Assembly (NCBI GenBank): GCA_012800795.1
Contig: JAAZIQ010000048.1
Span: forward strand, 1,279-65,278
DNA length: 64,000 nt
Origin: Bacillota bacterium
Lineage (GTDB): Bacteria; Bacillota; Dethiobacteria; Dethiobacterales; Dethiobacteraceae
Direction of reading: 5' to 3'
A program made the position numbers and the translations under genes. Shown here in pieces: positions 47,707-57,308 of the stretch. Below the pieces are notes generated by a model that saw nothing but the letters and a program-made list of their open reading frames with translations, was not told the origin of the DNA and did not search any database. Numbering within the stretch: the first letter of the stretch is position 1; each line of letters opens with the position of its first letter.

Positions 47707-48675
47707 CTATTTATCTTTAAAAAAAGGAGCGATAATATCTATGCGATTAGTCCAAATACCGCCGCTGTAATCTTTCGGCAGCTTCTGCAAATCTTCTTTA
47801 GTATCAAATCCCTCTGACCATTTGCCGGATCCATTAACAATTATAATGCGTGTATTGACAGTATCCATTCTCTGCACAAAACGATGCGGCCACCCCCAGA
47901 GAAAACAGGCATAATTTATAGGTAAATGTAATTGTGTATTTCGTAAGCTCCGGGGAATATAGCCTGTCCAACCAATTAAAAGATAGGATAATAAAGCTCT
48001 TTTCATAGTTGCCTTAGACATAACACGAAGATCTGGCAGCCTCTCCTGCAGCACAGCAATGGGTCCGTCAGCACCATAAACCGACAATAACTTCAATCTA
48101 TCTGTAGGCAATGTTGAGAGGTAATCAGCAAGTTTTTCGCCGGCTTCCTTATCCTCACTTTTAAGATGTAGCAGTAATTCTTGTTCGGGAAATGCAGCCA
48201 GCACTTCTTCAAGCGCCGGCATTAAGCCTACTCCCTTGCCGCGGAAAGGATAAGTCCTGCCGTTATCTGCTGTATAGCCATAACCAATGTCAAGCTGCTT
48301 TAGTTCTTTCAGAGTATACTCCCTTACAGCTCCGCTGCCATTTGTCCGATAATCCAATAACCAATCATGGAAAACTGCAAATTGGCCATCTTTAGTAAGC
48401 TGAATATCCAGTTCTACTATATCAGCACCGGCCGCAAAGGCAGCCTGCATTGAAGCTATAGTGTTTTCTAAATAAGGATGTTCCGGTTCATAAATAATGG
48501 CAGCTGTGTTGGTATCCGCCGTAAGGCCTTCCATAGGAAAGGTTTGAGCTAAGCCCCGGTGCGCCAACAAATAAGGTCGCCCTGATTTGCTGACAAATAT
48601 AGAACTATTATTAATAAAGATAAAACAGATAAGCAAAAAACAAACAAATAGTATTTTTTTTGTTTTAGAGCCCAC
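47707..48675 (-). CDS. Glycerophosphodiester phosphodiesterase family, membrane-anchored
   Basis: HRG...ENT...GADIVELDIQLTKDG..VFHD motifs and an N-terminal TM helix. Confidence 0.85.
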   Translation of the reverse strand: MGSKTKKILFVCFLLICFIFINNSSIFVSKSGRPYLLAHRGLAQTFPMEGLTADTNTAAIIYEPEHPYLENTIASMQAAFAAGADIVELDIQLTKDGQFAVFHDWLLDYRTNGSGAVREYTLKELKQLDIGYGYTADNGRTYPFRGKGVGLMPALEEVLAAFPEQELLLHLKSEDKEAGEKLADYLSTLPTDRLKLLSVYGADGPIAVLQERLPDLRVMSKATMKRALLSYLLIGWTGYIPRSLRNTQLHLPINYACFLWGWPHRFVQRMDTVNTRIIIVNGSGKWSEGFDTKEDLQKLPKDYSGGIWTNRIDIIAPFFKDK

Positions 48676-48691
48676 TTTTTCTCACCCTTTA

Positions 48692-49960
48692 TCAATATTT
48701 AAGCTGCTTAAAACTATGATTGTCATAAACAAATCTGCTTTTCTTTTGCTTTCGTTTGCGCCTTATAAAAAATACTAAAAATAGCAGCAAAACTGCCGGC
48801 GCAGCGACAATAGAATAATAAGGCCTGCTGTTGGAGTTTTCTTCTGTAATTGTCAGGTTAGCCTGACCCAGCTCAGAATACATTAAATTGTTTGTTTCTT
48901 TTAAATTAAAACTAATCTGTATTACTGTTTGATTAGGACTGCTCAGTAGCAGCTTTATATTTGCTTTAATATCCGAATCTTTTAAGCTCTGATGCACTAA
49001 TCTTTCAATCTTAGCCGGATTAAATTTTAAGTTTTCCGCTTTATCCAGTTCCAATTCTGCACGGCGCTCTTCCACCAGACTGCTTGCGGCAAAAGATACC
49101 GTCCTAAATTCATTAAACCCATATTCCAATAATTTAACTGTATCTTTATATTTACTGTCAGCGGTTGGACTGCTTAAAACCACTACAATCAGTTTTCTTT
49201 CCCCTTTTTGGGCTGCTGTTACTAAAGTATGTCGAGCCTCCGGCGTCCAGCCGCTTTTACTGGCAATTACCCCCATATCCTGTATTTCACCGTTTATAAG
49301 TGAGTTGGTACTGTTTAAATATCTTGTTTCCGGCTGCTTATTGGTAGGAACTATTTCAAAACGTTTTTTACTGAAAATAGTAAGAAATTGGGGATTTTTA
49401 ATAGCCTCTCTTAATATCTTGGCCATATCATAAGCAGTGGTATAGTGATTACTTGCATGTAAACCGTGTGCATTGGCAAAATTCGTATTTTCTGCCCCCA
49501 AATCCTTTGCTTTTTCATTCATCAACTTAGCAAAGGAAGCCAAATCACCGGCAATATACTCGGCTATCCCATTGGCCGCATCATTGGCAGAAGCAATGGA
49601 AAGTGCGTAAAGAGCTTGTTCCAAAGTTATTACTTCATCTACATCCAATGCTATATGTGATGTTCCTCTGCCGATAGAAAAAACGGCTTCTCTGCTCACA
49701 ATAATCTTATCTTCCAAATTCCCCTTCTCCAGAGCCAACATTGCTGTCATAATTTTTGTAATGGATGCCGGGTAATGCCGCTGATTCATATTTTTTTCAT
49801 ACAAAACTTGTCCCGTCTCTGCATTCATTAACACCGCTGCTTCTGACTCTAAAACAGGGGGCTTGACCTGGGCAAACATTTTAGTAGGAAAAACAAGATT
49901 AATAAGCAAAATTAGTCCAACTGCTATAACCATTATTTTATGTTTTTCATTGACCAGCAT
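48692..49960 (-). CDS. D-alanyl-D-alanine carboxypeptidase (S11)
   Basis: Signal/TM segment, SITK (SxxK) motif, C-terminal anchor. Confidence 0.9.
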   Translation of the reverse strand: MLVNEKHKIMVIAVGLILLINLVFPTKMFAQVKPPVLESEAAVLMNAETGQVLYEKNMNQRHYPASITKIMTAMLALEKGNLEDKIIVSREAVFSIGRGTSHIALDVDEVITLEQALYALSIASANDAANGIAEYIAGDLASFAKLMNEKAKDLGAENTNFANAHGLHASNHYTTAYDMAKILREAIKNPQFLTIFSKKRFEIVPTNKQPETRYLNSTNSLINGEIQDMGVIASKSGWTPEARHTLVTAAQKGERKLIVVVLSSPTADSKYKDTVKLLEYGFNEFRTVSFAASSLVEERRAELELDKAENLKFNPAKIERLVHQSLKDSDIKANIKLLLSSPNQTVIQISFNLKETNNLMYSELGQANLTITEENSNSRPYYSIVAAPAVLLLFLVFFIRRKRKQKKSRFVYDNHSFKQLKY

Positions 49961-50170
49961 CTTATTTACCTCAAGTGGAATTTTAAACTTTAATAATTAT
50001 TGAAAAAACTTAACATAACTAAATACTAACATATCTATTGATATCAAACAATAAAGAGATTCTATTTACAATAATTTGGTGAAGGCAATAATCACCGGAC
50101 AAAAATTAGTAGCTGAAATCTCCGGGAAAGGCTTGACTGCTGCAGAGAAAAAGATGTATATTTTAGATAA

Positions 50171-50212
50171 ATATATCCACTATGGATACATATACATATC
50201 ATCTGGATATAT
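50171..50212. promoter_or_regulatory. 9-bp perfect inverted repeat, candidate PadR operator
   Basis: ATATATCCA-N24-TGGATATAT, 24 nt upstream of the padR start. Confidence 0.45.
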
Positions 50213-50235
50213 GTTTGTAGAAAGCAGGTTTAGCT

Positions 50236-50547
50236 ATGGTACGGGAGCAGCTGCAAAGTTTGACAGAGCCCATGTATTATATATTACTTGCGTTGACTAA
50301 GCCGCTTCACGGCTACGCCATTATGCAAAAGGTTGAAGAAATTTCAGGCGGTAGCTTTGTAGTAGGTCCGGGGACTTTATACCGTTTGTTGGCGCGTTTT
50401 GAAAAGGAAAAAATTATTCGGCAGTATGATGATGACGGACGGCGCAAGACATATCTAATTACGGCGAAAGGATACCAAGTTTTACAGAATGAATACCGGC
50501 GCTTAAAAAGACTTGTGGCCAACGGAAAGAATATTTTGGGGGAGTAG
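50236..50547 (+). CDS. PadR family transcriptional regulator
   Basis: YILLALTKPLHGYAIMQKVEE winged-HTH signature. Confidence 0.9.
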   Translation: MVREQLQSLTEPMYYILLALTKPLHGYAIMQKVEEISGGSFVVGPGTLYRLLARFEKEKIIRQYDDDGRRKTYLITAKGYQVLQNEYRRLKRLVANGKNILGE

Positions 50548-50553
50548 AAAAAA

Positions 50554-51690
50554 GTGAGTGAGCCAAAATACACAAAACGTTACCGTTTTTTGCGAACATG
50601 GCAGATTGCCGAAAATGAAGCTTGGTTTACTGCGATGTCGGCTCAGGGCCTTCACCTTCATAGTATAGGCGGTTTTTTTGCCACTTTTTTGTACGGAGAG
50701 CCGGCTGATTATATCTATTCAATTGAGCCGACAGACAAAGAAATAGAAAATGAGGAAAAATTAGCTCTTTATAAAGATGCCGGCTGGGAACTGGTGGCAG
50801 AGATGGAGGAGCTGCAAGTCTTTCGTGCTCCCGCCCATAGCAATGTCAAACCAATACACACGGACCACAACATTTATCTTGAACTACTACAGCAAAGAAA
50901 AAAAGCGCTTTTTAAATCAACGCTGCTTGGTTTACTTGCCGGATTTATTTATATTGCTTTCTCGCTTTATAGATGGCCTATACTCGCTACATTTCTCGGT
51001 TTTCTCTTCTTACTGCCATATTTCTTTGTCTTTCCCTTCTTTCAGATGGTACTGGATTATTACTATTTGTACAAATATGTTAAACAGGTAAAGTTATATG
51101 AACAAAATAGGACGGATTACCACCAAGCCATAAAAAAACGTAAAATTATTAAAGGGTCAATTTGGCTAATCGAACTGCTTTTTCTAGGTTCAATGTTACA
51201 CCTGGTCTATCAGGCAAAAGCAACTAAACCTTTGTCTTTGGCGCCGGAGTATATACTAACCTTGGAGGAAATATATGGTAATAAGAAAATTGAACTACCT
51301 GCTGAATATAAAGACAAAAATATTTTTTCCACCGCTCAGTCCTTAGGTTTCACTTGGATTGATTATGCTAATTATGCCAAGATAGATGGCAAATTTACAG
51401 TCATTTACGGTAACGTTTTCCTGGCCAAAAACCTTTTCACTGCACGGCAGATGGTAAAAGCTTTAGTGCTACATTGGGAAAAACCTCCTACTGTCTTTAA
51501 AAAAATAACAGAATATACGGACAGTCTTCAAAACCCTGGCTTTGATGAACTGTATTTTACAGGTAATTACACCAGCGGCATAGGAGTTATTATTGCACGT
51601 CAGGGCAATTATGTCTTCGATATTTCTTTTAGCCGGGACGGCCGGTTGGTACTGGAGGCACTATATCGCAAAACTGCTCAATTACGATGA
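50554..51690 (+). CDS. DUF2812 membrane protein with an extra C-terminal domain
   Basis: DUF2812-like N-terminus (ENEAWFTAMSAQGLHL), TM helices, and about 170 further residues. Confidence 0.75.
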   Translation: MSEPKYTKRYRFLRTWQIAENEAWFTAMSAQGLHLHSIGGFFATFLYGEPADYIYSIEPTDKEIENEEKLALYKDAGWELVAEMEELQVFRAPAHSNVKPIHTDHNIYLELLQQRKKALFKSTLLGLLAGFIYIAFSLYRWPILATFLGFLFLLPYFFVFPFFQMVLDYYYLYKYVKQVKLYEQNRTDYHQAIKKRKIIKGSIWLIELLFLGSMLHLVYQAKATKPLSLAPEYILTLEEIYGNKKIELPAEYKDKNIFSTAQSLGFTWIDYANYAKIDGKFTVIYGNVFLAKNLFTARQMVKALVLHWEKPPTVFKKITEYTDSLQNPGFDELYFTGNYTSGIGVIIARQGNYVFDISFSRDGRLVLEALYRKTAQLR

Positions 51691-51717
51691 AATTCTGGTT
51701 TTGGGGAAGTGAGGCAA

Positions 51718-52830
51718 ATGGAAAAAAATAACCCAAACTTAAAGTTGTATTTACTATTGCTGCTACCTGCAGGAATAATATTAAGCTATCTGGCGCAAAT
51801 TTCCCCAACCTGGATCGAAAAAAATTATGCCCAAGTATTTTTCCCGGCTTTTAATCAAGTCCTAAGTCGCACCACAGGACAGCTTCCTTTTTCAGTGGCT
51901 GAAATTTTAGTTTCTTTTTTGGTATTAGCCCTAGTAATTAGCATTTGTCGTTTGTTGCTTAGAATAATCAGACGGCAAGCAAAACCAAAACGGCTACTTG
52001 TAAATTTCCTGCTAAATATCCTTGTAATCATCAGCATCCTTTATTTTAGTTTTAATATCCTCTGGGGGTTAAACTACTATCGCCAGCCCTTTGCCGCCAT
52101 TGCCGGTTTAGAAATCAAACCGGCTACTGTTACAGAATTAGAAGAGCTCTGCCGCTTTTTAATTGCACAAGCCAATTCACTGCGCGCAGAGCTGGAGGAA
52201 GATCAATTTGGTGTAATGCAATTACGTGCAGGACGTGAAAAGGTTTTTAAAACTGCAGAATTAGGTTTTTCCAAAGCAGCAAACTTATATCCGCAATTGG
52301 GTGGAATTTACGGCCGTCCCAAAGCAGTCCTCTTTTCAAAATTCTTATCTTATGCCGGCATTACCGGCATCTATTTCCCCTTTACGGGTGAAGCAAATGT
52401 TAATATCTCCATTCCTGATTGTATGCTGCCGGCCACAACCTGCCATGAAATGGCACACCAGCGCGGTTTTGCCCGCGAAGACGAAGCCAATTATCTTGCC
52501 TATCTCAGCTGTTTAATGCATCCTGATCCGGACTTTCAGTATTCAGGCACTCTTCTTGCCCTTATTAATGCCATGAATGCTCTTTACCGGCATGCTCCCG
52601 AAAAAGCTTTACTTTTACAGGAAGAATACGGTGAGGGATTGCAGAGGGATTTACTACATAGGAGAAAGTTCTGGCAGCTATATGAAGGCCCCTTGGAGGA
52701 AATTTCACGTGAAATAAATGATACATATCTTAAAGCAAACCGACAGGCAGATGGCATACAAAGCTACGGCAGAATGGTGGATCTGTTGCTAGCTGCTTAC
52801 AGGGAAAAGCAAAAAGGCACAACCCCTTAA
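51718..52830 (+). CDS. DUF3810 family membrane protein with HExxH motif
   Basis: N-terminal TM helices and TCHEMAHQRGF (HExxH plus a downstream E). Confidence 0.7.
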   Translation: MEKNNPNLKLYLLLLLPAGIILSYLAQISPTWIEKNYAQVFFPAFNQVLSRTTGQLPFSVAEILVSFLVLALVISICRLLLRIIRRQAKPKRLLVNFLLNILVIISILYFSFNILWGLNYYRQPFAAIAGLEIKPATVTELEELCRFLIAQANSLRAELEEDQFGVMQLRAGREKVFKTAELGFSKAANLYPQLGGIYGRPKAVLFSKFLSYAGITGIYFPFTGEANVNISIPDCMLPATTCHEMAHQRGFAREDEANYLAYLSCLMHPDPDFQYSGTLLALINAMNALYRHAPEKALLLQEEYGEGLQRDLLHRRKFWQLYEGPLEEISREINDTYLKANRQADGIQSYGRMVDLLLAAYREKQKGTTP

Positions 52831-52863
52831 AATGGGTGCGCCTTTTTCGCTGCTTGATAAATA

Positions 52864-53556
52864 TCATCCAGCAGTTAATTCCTCCAGCTGCTCTTTTACG
52901 CCCTCGCTCACAAGACCGCCATGATAACAAATAACCTGCTCTATTTCATAAGCAAGAAGTTTCTTTAAAGATGTTTTAGCTTCTGCCAGATCAAGCGTAA
53001 AAACGGGATCCGGTCCTAATAATTTTCCGTCTTTTGCTACAATACTGTCGCCGGTAATTAACGTCTTGCTTGGTTTATGATACAAACAAATATGCCCCGG
53101 TGTGTGACCTGGCGTGTGAATTACAATAATACCTCCGCAATATGGCAACTCCTGGCCATCATGGAGCAATTTATCTACTTTTACCGCCTGCCGTTTTAAA
53201 TATGATTGCCGCCTTTCAGCTTGTTGTTCTGGCGGGAGAGCTGTAATTGACTTTTCTATTTTTGCCAACAAATGTTCTTTTCCCTCAATATAAGGCGCTT
53301 CTTCTGCATGGACAAAAACAGTAACGGTCTGCACCGCAGCAGCTAGAATCTCCGGAATACTGCCAAGATGATCCCTGTCATGGTGAGTAATAATAATTTT
53401 GTTAAGCCGTGAAAAAGGTATTCCCTGCTTTTCAAACGCCTGCTGAATTTCAGCCTGCATATTTGGTAACCCTGCGTCTATTAAGATTACATCCCTATCA
53501 TCCCAAAGAAGGGTAGCATTAAAAATCTGTCCATTTCCGGCAGCTAGTGGGAGCAT
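52864..53556 (-). CDS. MBL-fold metallo-hydrolase
   Basis: HHDRDHLG (HxHxDH) motif. Start set at ATG 53556 after AAGGAG. Confidence 0.85.
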   Translation of the reverse strand: MLPLAAGNGQIFNATLLWDDRDVILIDAGLPNMQAEIQQAFEKQGIPFSRLNKIIITHHDRDHLGSIPEILAAAVQTVTVFVHAEEAPYIEGKEHLLAKIEKSITALPPEQQAERRQSYLKRQAVKVDKLLHDGQELPYCGGIIVIHTPGHTPGHICLYHKPSKTLITGDSIVAKDGKLLGPDPVFTLDLAEAKTSLKKLLAYEIEQVICYHGGLVSEGVKEQLEELTAG

Positions 53557-53796
53557 CTCAACTCCTTTAGAAATTTTCACCCTTGTCCTACCTCCCCTAT
53601 TTTTCCCATTTGAGGCACATCCTTTTGTGGAACGACAAGACTTTTGTAGATCCCTCTCCGACAAAACTACTCACACTTCATTGACTGAATTGTATTTATA
53701 TTTTACTAAAATCTTAGCAAAACTACAACTAAACACATAAACATAGATTTTTTGTAATGTTTGATCGCCTCATCTGCCATATTGCCTAAAATTAAA

Positions 53797-54636
53797 TTAA
53801 ATGCGCTGAAAGAATATTCCCAAAGTGTTCGGTCCGCAATGTGCCGCAATTGTCGAACCAGCCTCTGAAACAATAATTTCTTTAAATTCAGCATGTTTTA
53901 AGATTTCTGTTTTTACCGACGCCACTGTTTGTGGGGAACAGGCGGCATGTGTTAAATAAATTCTTTGTAAATCAAGATCTTTACGTTCCGCCAGTTTGTC
54001 CTCAATATAACGCTTCACCGCTTTTTCGAACGAACCTCTGTATTTTTTGCCCACTGTCATTTTCCCGTCCATTACTTCAATGCACGGCCTTATATTCAAC
54101 AGCTTTGTAGCTTGCAGCGCAAGACCAGAACACCGTCCCCCGCGGTACAAATAATCTAAACGATCAATAACGAAACTCCCCTCTGTCTTTTCTATTATCT
54201 CCTTTAACTTTTGACATATTTCCTCTGGAGTATGACCCTTCTCAGCTAATAAAGATGCCTCCAGCGCAAGCAGTCCGGCACCGGTAGATAGGCTTTGCGA
54301 GTCTATGACATATACATCTGGGAAACTTTGTGCTGCTAAAACGGCATTTTGATAACATGAGGAAAAACCCGAGCCCAATGAAATATGAATTACAGGACAA
54401 TTTTGTGAAGTCAATTCAGCAAAATACGTATGGAACTGATGGATATTAATAGCTGCAGTTTTACACGTTTTCCCTTCACCGTCTACAGACTTAAAAATAT
54501 CGGAAGGTTGAATTTCCTCACCATCAATATAGCTCTGCTCCCCTACAATCACTGTGAGCGGTATGATTGAAATATTATACTCTGTTAAAAGCTGTGGTGT
54601 CAGATCACAAGCACTGTCTGCACTAATTTTAATCAT
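53797..54636 (-). CDS. DegV family fatty-acid-binding protein
   Basis: MIKISADSACDL N-terminus and about 279 aa, typical of DegV. Confidence 0.9.
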   Translation of the reverse strand: MIKISADSACDLTPQLLTEYNISIIPLTVIVGEQSYIDGEEIQPSDIFKSVDGEGKTCKTAAINIHQFHTYFAELTSQNCPVIHISLGSGFSSCYQNAVLAAQSFPDVYVIDSQSLSTGAGLLALEASLLAEKGHTPEEICQKLKEIIEKTEGSFVIDRLDYLYRGGRCSGLALQATKLLNIRPCIEVMDGKMTVGKKYRGSFEKAVKRYIEDKLAERKDLDLQRIYLTHAACSPQTVASVKTEILKHAEFKEIIVSEAGSTIAAHCGPNTLGIFFQRI

Positions 54637-54674
54637 TGACCCTTCCTCCTTCTTTTTCTCTGGATCTTTACTTT

Positions 54675-54860
54675 TTATTCAACAGCAACAGGTAAAGTAA
54701 CAGTGAAGGTAGAGCCTTCATTTAATTACTTTTATCTATCTTCTCGATTCTATATCAAAATTGCCTTCTCTGCTTCCTTAAACAGCCTTATTGAGCTGCA
54801 GCAACGGATTTATTACACTCGCAAAATCTTATCATCTTCAACAACAAGAATAGTAACCAT
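54675..54860 (-). pseudogene. Relic of a two-component system (response-regulator N-terminus joined to histidine-kinase C-terminus)
   Basis: GGGAGGTG RBS then MVTILVVEDDKILRV-stop. Downstream frames read EGNFDIESRR-stop and LNEGSTFTVTLPVAVE-stop, which look like an HATPase_c tail. Confidence 0.7.
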
Positions 54861-55080
54861 TATAGGTCACCTCCCATCTTATTATTGCCACAAGTAAAAA
54901 GCAAGGCAATTAGCGGCATAAGGCTAAATATATCTTGGTGTAGCTTACCAAAATACCAAAACAATTTAATATGAACTAACCGTATATTTTTTTTACAAGA
55001 CCCCTTAAAAGTCCTTAGCATAAGAACACTTGTTTTTAGTTTTATTTACCGCAAACTTTTGCCCCTACCGCCACATAACA

Positions 55081-55115
55081 AAAAGTATTGCGTAAAAAAC
55101 TCGCAATACTTTTAT
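55081..55115. terminator. Bidirectional terminator
   Basis: AAGTATTGCG/CGCAATACTT 10-bp stem flanked by A- and T-runs. Confidence 0.8.
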
Positions 55116-55168
55116 TATAGCGCTATAATTAATTAATTTATAGTCCCATTATTAATCAATAGTTACTA

Positions 55169-56020
55169 TTAGGCAGATGGGGATCTATACAGAAGGGGAG
55201 CAAACTGGCCATACAGCTGCATATTTTTTCCCAGATGCATAATATGATTATATAACTCCGGTGCTTTTTCCCTGAGTAATTCAATCTTATCAACAATAGA
55301 GTTTACTCCATTGGTTAAGCTGCGATAAAGATCACAAAGCAATTTATTTTTCCATTGCATTATCCGTTCTATTTCAGGCATACGCGTAGAAGGTTGAGCT
55401 GTTCGTGGTTTTATAAAATCAAAACTAATAGTATTAGCTTCAATTTTTATTTCTTCTTTTTTATAACCGACATTCTGTAATCCTTTGCAAAATGCTGTCA
55501 GCATCAAATCATCTTTTAAAGTAATGGTTGCTGACATCGATAATTCTGACGGCTCGGAAAACTCGCCCAAAATAAAGCCTGTAAGCCACCAATGTTTAGC
55601 AGCTCTTGTAAAGAGCGGTTTTTTATTTTTGTAAAGAGTACATGACATAAAAAGTAAATCTTCATCTCCGGCGCAATCAAAAAAGGGTCCTGAAAAAATA
55701 TTGGGAATTTCAATATCTTCCCGATCTGTATAATAAACACCTATTTCACAACCTGTAACCATGCCGTATTGCCCTTTCCAGAATTGAATAAGCCAACGTT
55801 TCTGATCATAATTAAAATAAATAGGCTCACAATCTACAATCATACTTAATGGTGCTAACATTTCATCATATAAACGACAATAACCGTAATTACGCTGCCA
55901 TGCATCACAGTGTGAGTAGAAAATATCCTGAATAGGGTCATACTTATAACCTGCTTTAGCCAAAGCCAGGTCTAAACCGGTATTTCCTGTGCCGCACGGC
56001 AAAGAACTCCTGTTAGTCAC
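55169..56020 (-). CDS. Hypothetical protein, DUF4474-like (family recalled from memory)
   Basis: GTG start after GGGGGAAGGA. Motifs YDPIQDIFYS, AWQRNYGY and FWKGQYG. No signal peptide. Confidence 0.65.
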   Translation of the reverse strand: MTNRSSLPCGTGNTGLDLALAKAGYKYDPIQDIFYSHCDAWQRNYGYCRLYDEMLAPLSMIVDCEPIYFNYDQKRWLIQFWKGQYGMVTGCEIGVYYTDREDIEIPNIFSGPFFDCAGDEDLLFMSCTLYKNKKPLFTRAAKHWWLTGFILGEFSEPSELSMSATITLKDDLMLTAFCKGLQNVGYKKEEIKIEANTISFDFIKPRTAQPSTRMPEIERIMQWKNKLLCDLYRSLTNGVNSIVDKIELLREKAPELYNHIMHLGKNMQLYGQFAPLLYRSPSA

Positions 56021-56078
56021 ATTCCTTCCCCCTTAAGAAACGTTAATCACTAATACAGAGTATTAAACTGAGGGGGAA

Positions 56079-56858
56079 ATGCCACTTACTTTAAGTAAAA
56101 GATGCCAATTTAAAAGTAATTGCATATATTATACTATGATGATCACGCGCTTTTTTAATCCATTATTTCAGATAATTAGTCATATGGAACTTGCTGAGGC
56201 TATCATCACCATTCTTGCTAATGACGGTAAAAAAAATATTGTTGAAATATTTAACGATACAAGCAGTGGTCTAAATTTGATAAAGATCTTAGCAGAAGGA
56301 ACTCGTGCAGCAGATATACCGTTTTCAGGAGGCTATATTTGTACGCTGTGGCACTTTCATCATCCTTGGTCCCATCGGGGCTATTTGACAAAAAAAAGTT
56401 CTGCCAATGTCACTGCCGAATTATTTGCTGCTGCTGAAAAACTGTGGCTTGAAGGTAATAAAGAAAAAGCCGTCTTCCAGTTGGGCAGGGCTTTGCATCT
56501 ACTGCAGGATATTTTTATCCCCCATCATAGCGGCATTACTGCTGTGAAAGGGCATGGAGATTTAGAAAAGTGGCTGACGGATAATTGGAAAAAGTATAGA
56601 GTTGAAAGCGGAGGTTTTTATCACTGGTCTGAAAAATTTTGTGACGCTGATGGCAATTGCCATTCTGTAAATAGTGCTAATCCCTATGACTGGATTGATT
56701 ACGGCAGCCATCTTTCCTTTGCTTGGTATCGTGAATTTTTTGCTAATAGCAAATACAATGAAGAAACATTTAAGAAAGCCGCAAAGCTAATTATTCCTAA
56801 TGCACTCAAATTTTCTGCCGGTTTTGTCCATTTATTTTTCTCTCAATTTTACCATTAG
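56079..56858 (+). CDS. Zinc-dependent phospholipase C family protein
   Basis: His-rich Zn motifs WHFHHPW and HLLQDIFIPHH. No signal peptide. Start is uncertain (ATG 56079 has a GAGGGGG RBS). Confidence 0.7.
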   Translation: MPLTLSKRCQFKSNCIYYTMMITRFFNPLFQIISHMELAEAIITILANDGKKNIVEIFNDTSSGLNLIKILAEGTRAADIPFSGGYICTLWHFHHPWSHRGYLTKKSSANVTAELFAAAEKLWLEGNKEKAVFQLGRALHLLQDIFIPHHSGITAVKGHGDLEKWLTDNWKKYRVESGGFYHWSEKFCDADGNCHSVNSANPYDWIDYGSHLSFAWYREFFANSKYNEETFKKAAKLIIPNALKFSAGFVHLFFSQFYH

Positions 56859-56875
56859 AAATTTTAACCAGCGCT

Positions 56876-56918
56876 AAAGACGGCCTTTCCCCGCAGGTAA
56901 AGGCCGTCTTTATTATTT
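56876..56918. terminator. Bidirectional terminator
   Basis: AAAGACGGCCTTT/AAAGGCCGTCTTT 13-bp stem. Confidence 0.85.
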
Positions 56919-57251
56919 ATTTAATTCCTCATTAATAATAATATCTGCTTTCTTCATCAAATTTGTAAAGGCTTCGTATGCTTGAAAATAACGAGCCAAA
57001 GTGGCGTTAGCAGCTGCTTTATGCTGCTGCTGATACAACTTCTCGTATTCTTCGGTTACCGGGAGCCCTTCTGCATGTAATTCCTGAATTCTTTCCTGAA
57101 TTTTTTCCATGGCCATTACAATGTCTTGTGCCGTTGGATCGAGTTGAATTCGCGCCTGTGCTGCGCGTAAATTGCTAAATTCCTCCGTTTTTTTAAGTTC
57201 TTTTGCCAGCTCTAAGGCTGCAGATTCTATAGTAATGATAATCACCTCCAC
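56913..57251 (-). CDS. YlbF/YmcA-like (UPF0342) protein
   Basis: About 110-aa helical protein with the YlbF-like pattern (F..L..A...I..D..A). Confidence 0.6.
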   Translation of the reverse strand: MEVIIITIESAALELAKELKKTEEFSNLRAAQARIQLDPTAQDIVMAMEKIQERIQELHAEGLPVTEEYEKLYQQQHKAAANATLARYFQAYEAFTNLMKKADIIINEELNK

Positions 57252-57308
57252 TTCAGCTATTCTCTCTATTTTTTTAATATCCTTTTTTATTGTTACAAAA
57301 AATCTTTT

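Noticed and set aside
50076-50300. 74-aa ORF overlapping the padR promoter and start
   Set aside because: It has a TTG start without an RBS, and it overlaps the candidate operator and the padR N-terminus in another frame.
53557-53796. 240-nt spacer between degV and the MBL gene, with an imperfect CTTGTC..CC/GG..GACAAG stem and a 24-codon ORF
   Set aside because: The stem is interrupted, I recognise no riboswitch core motif, and the mini-ORF has no RBS. The support is insufficient.
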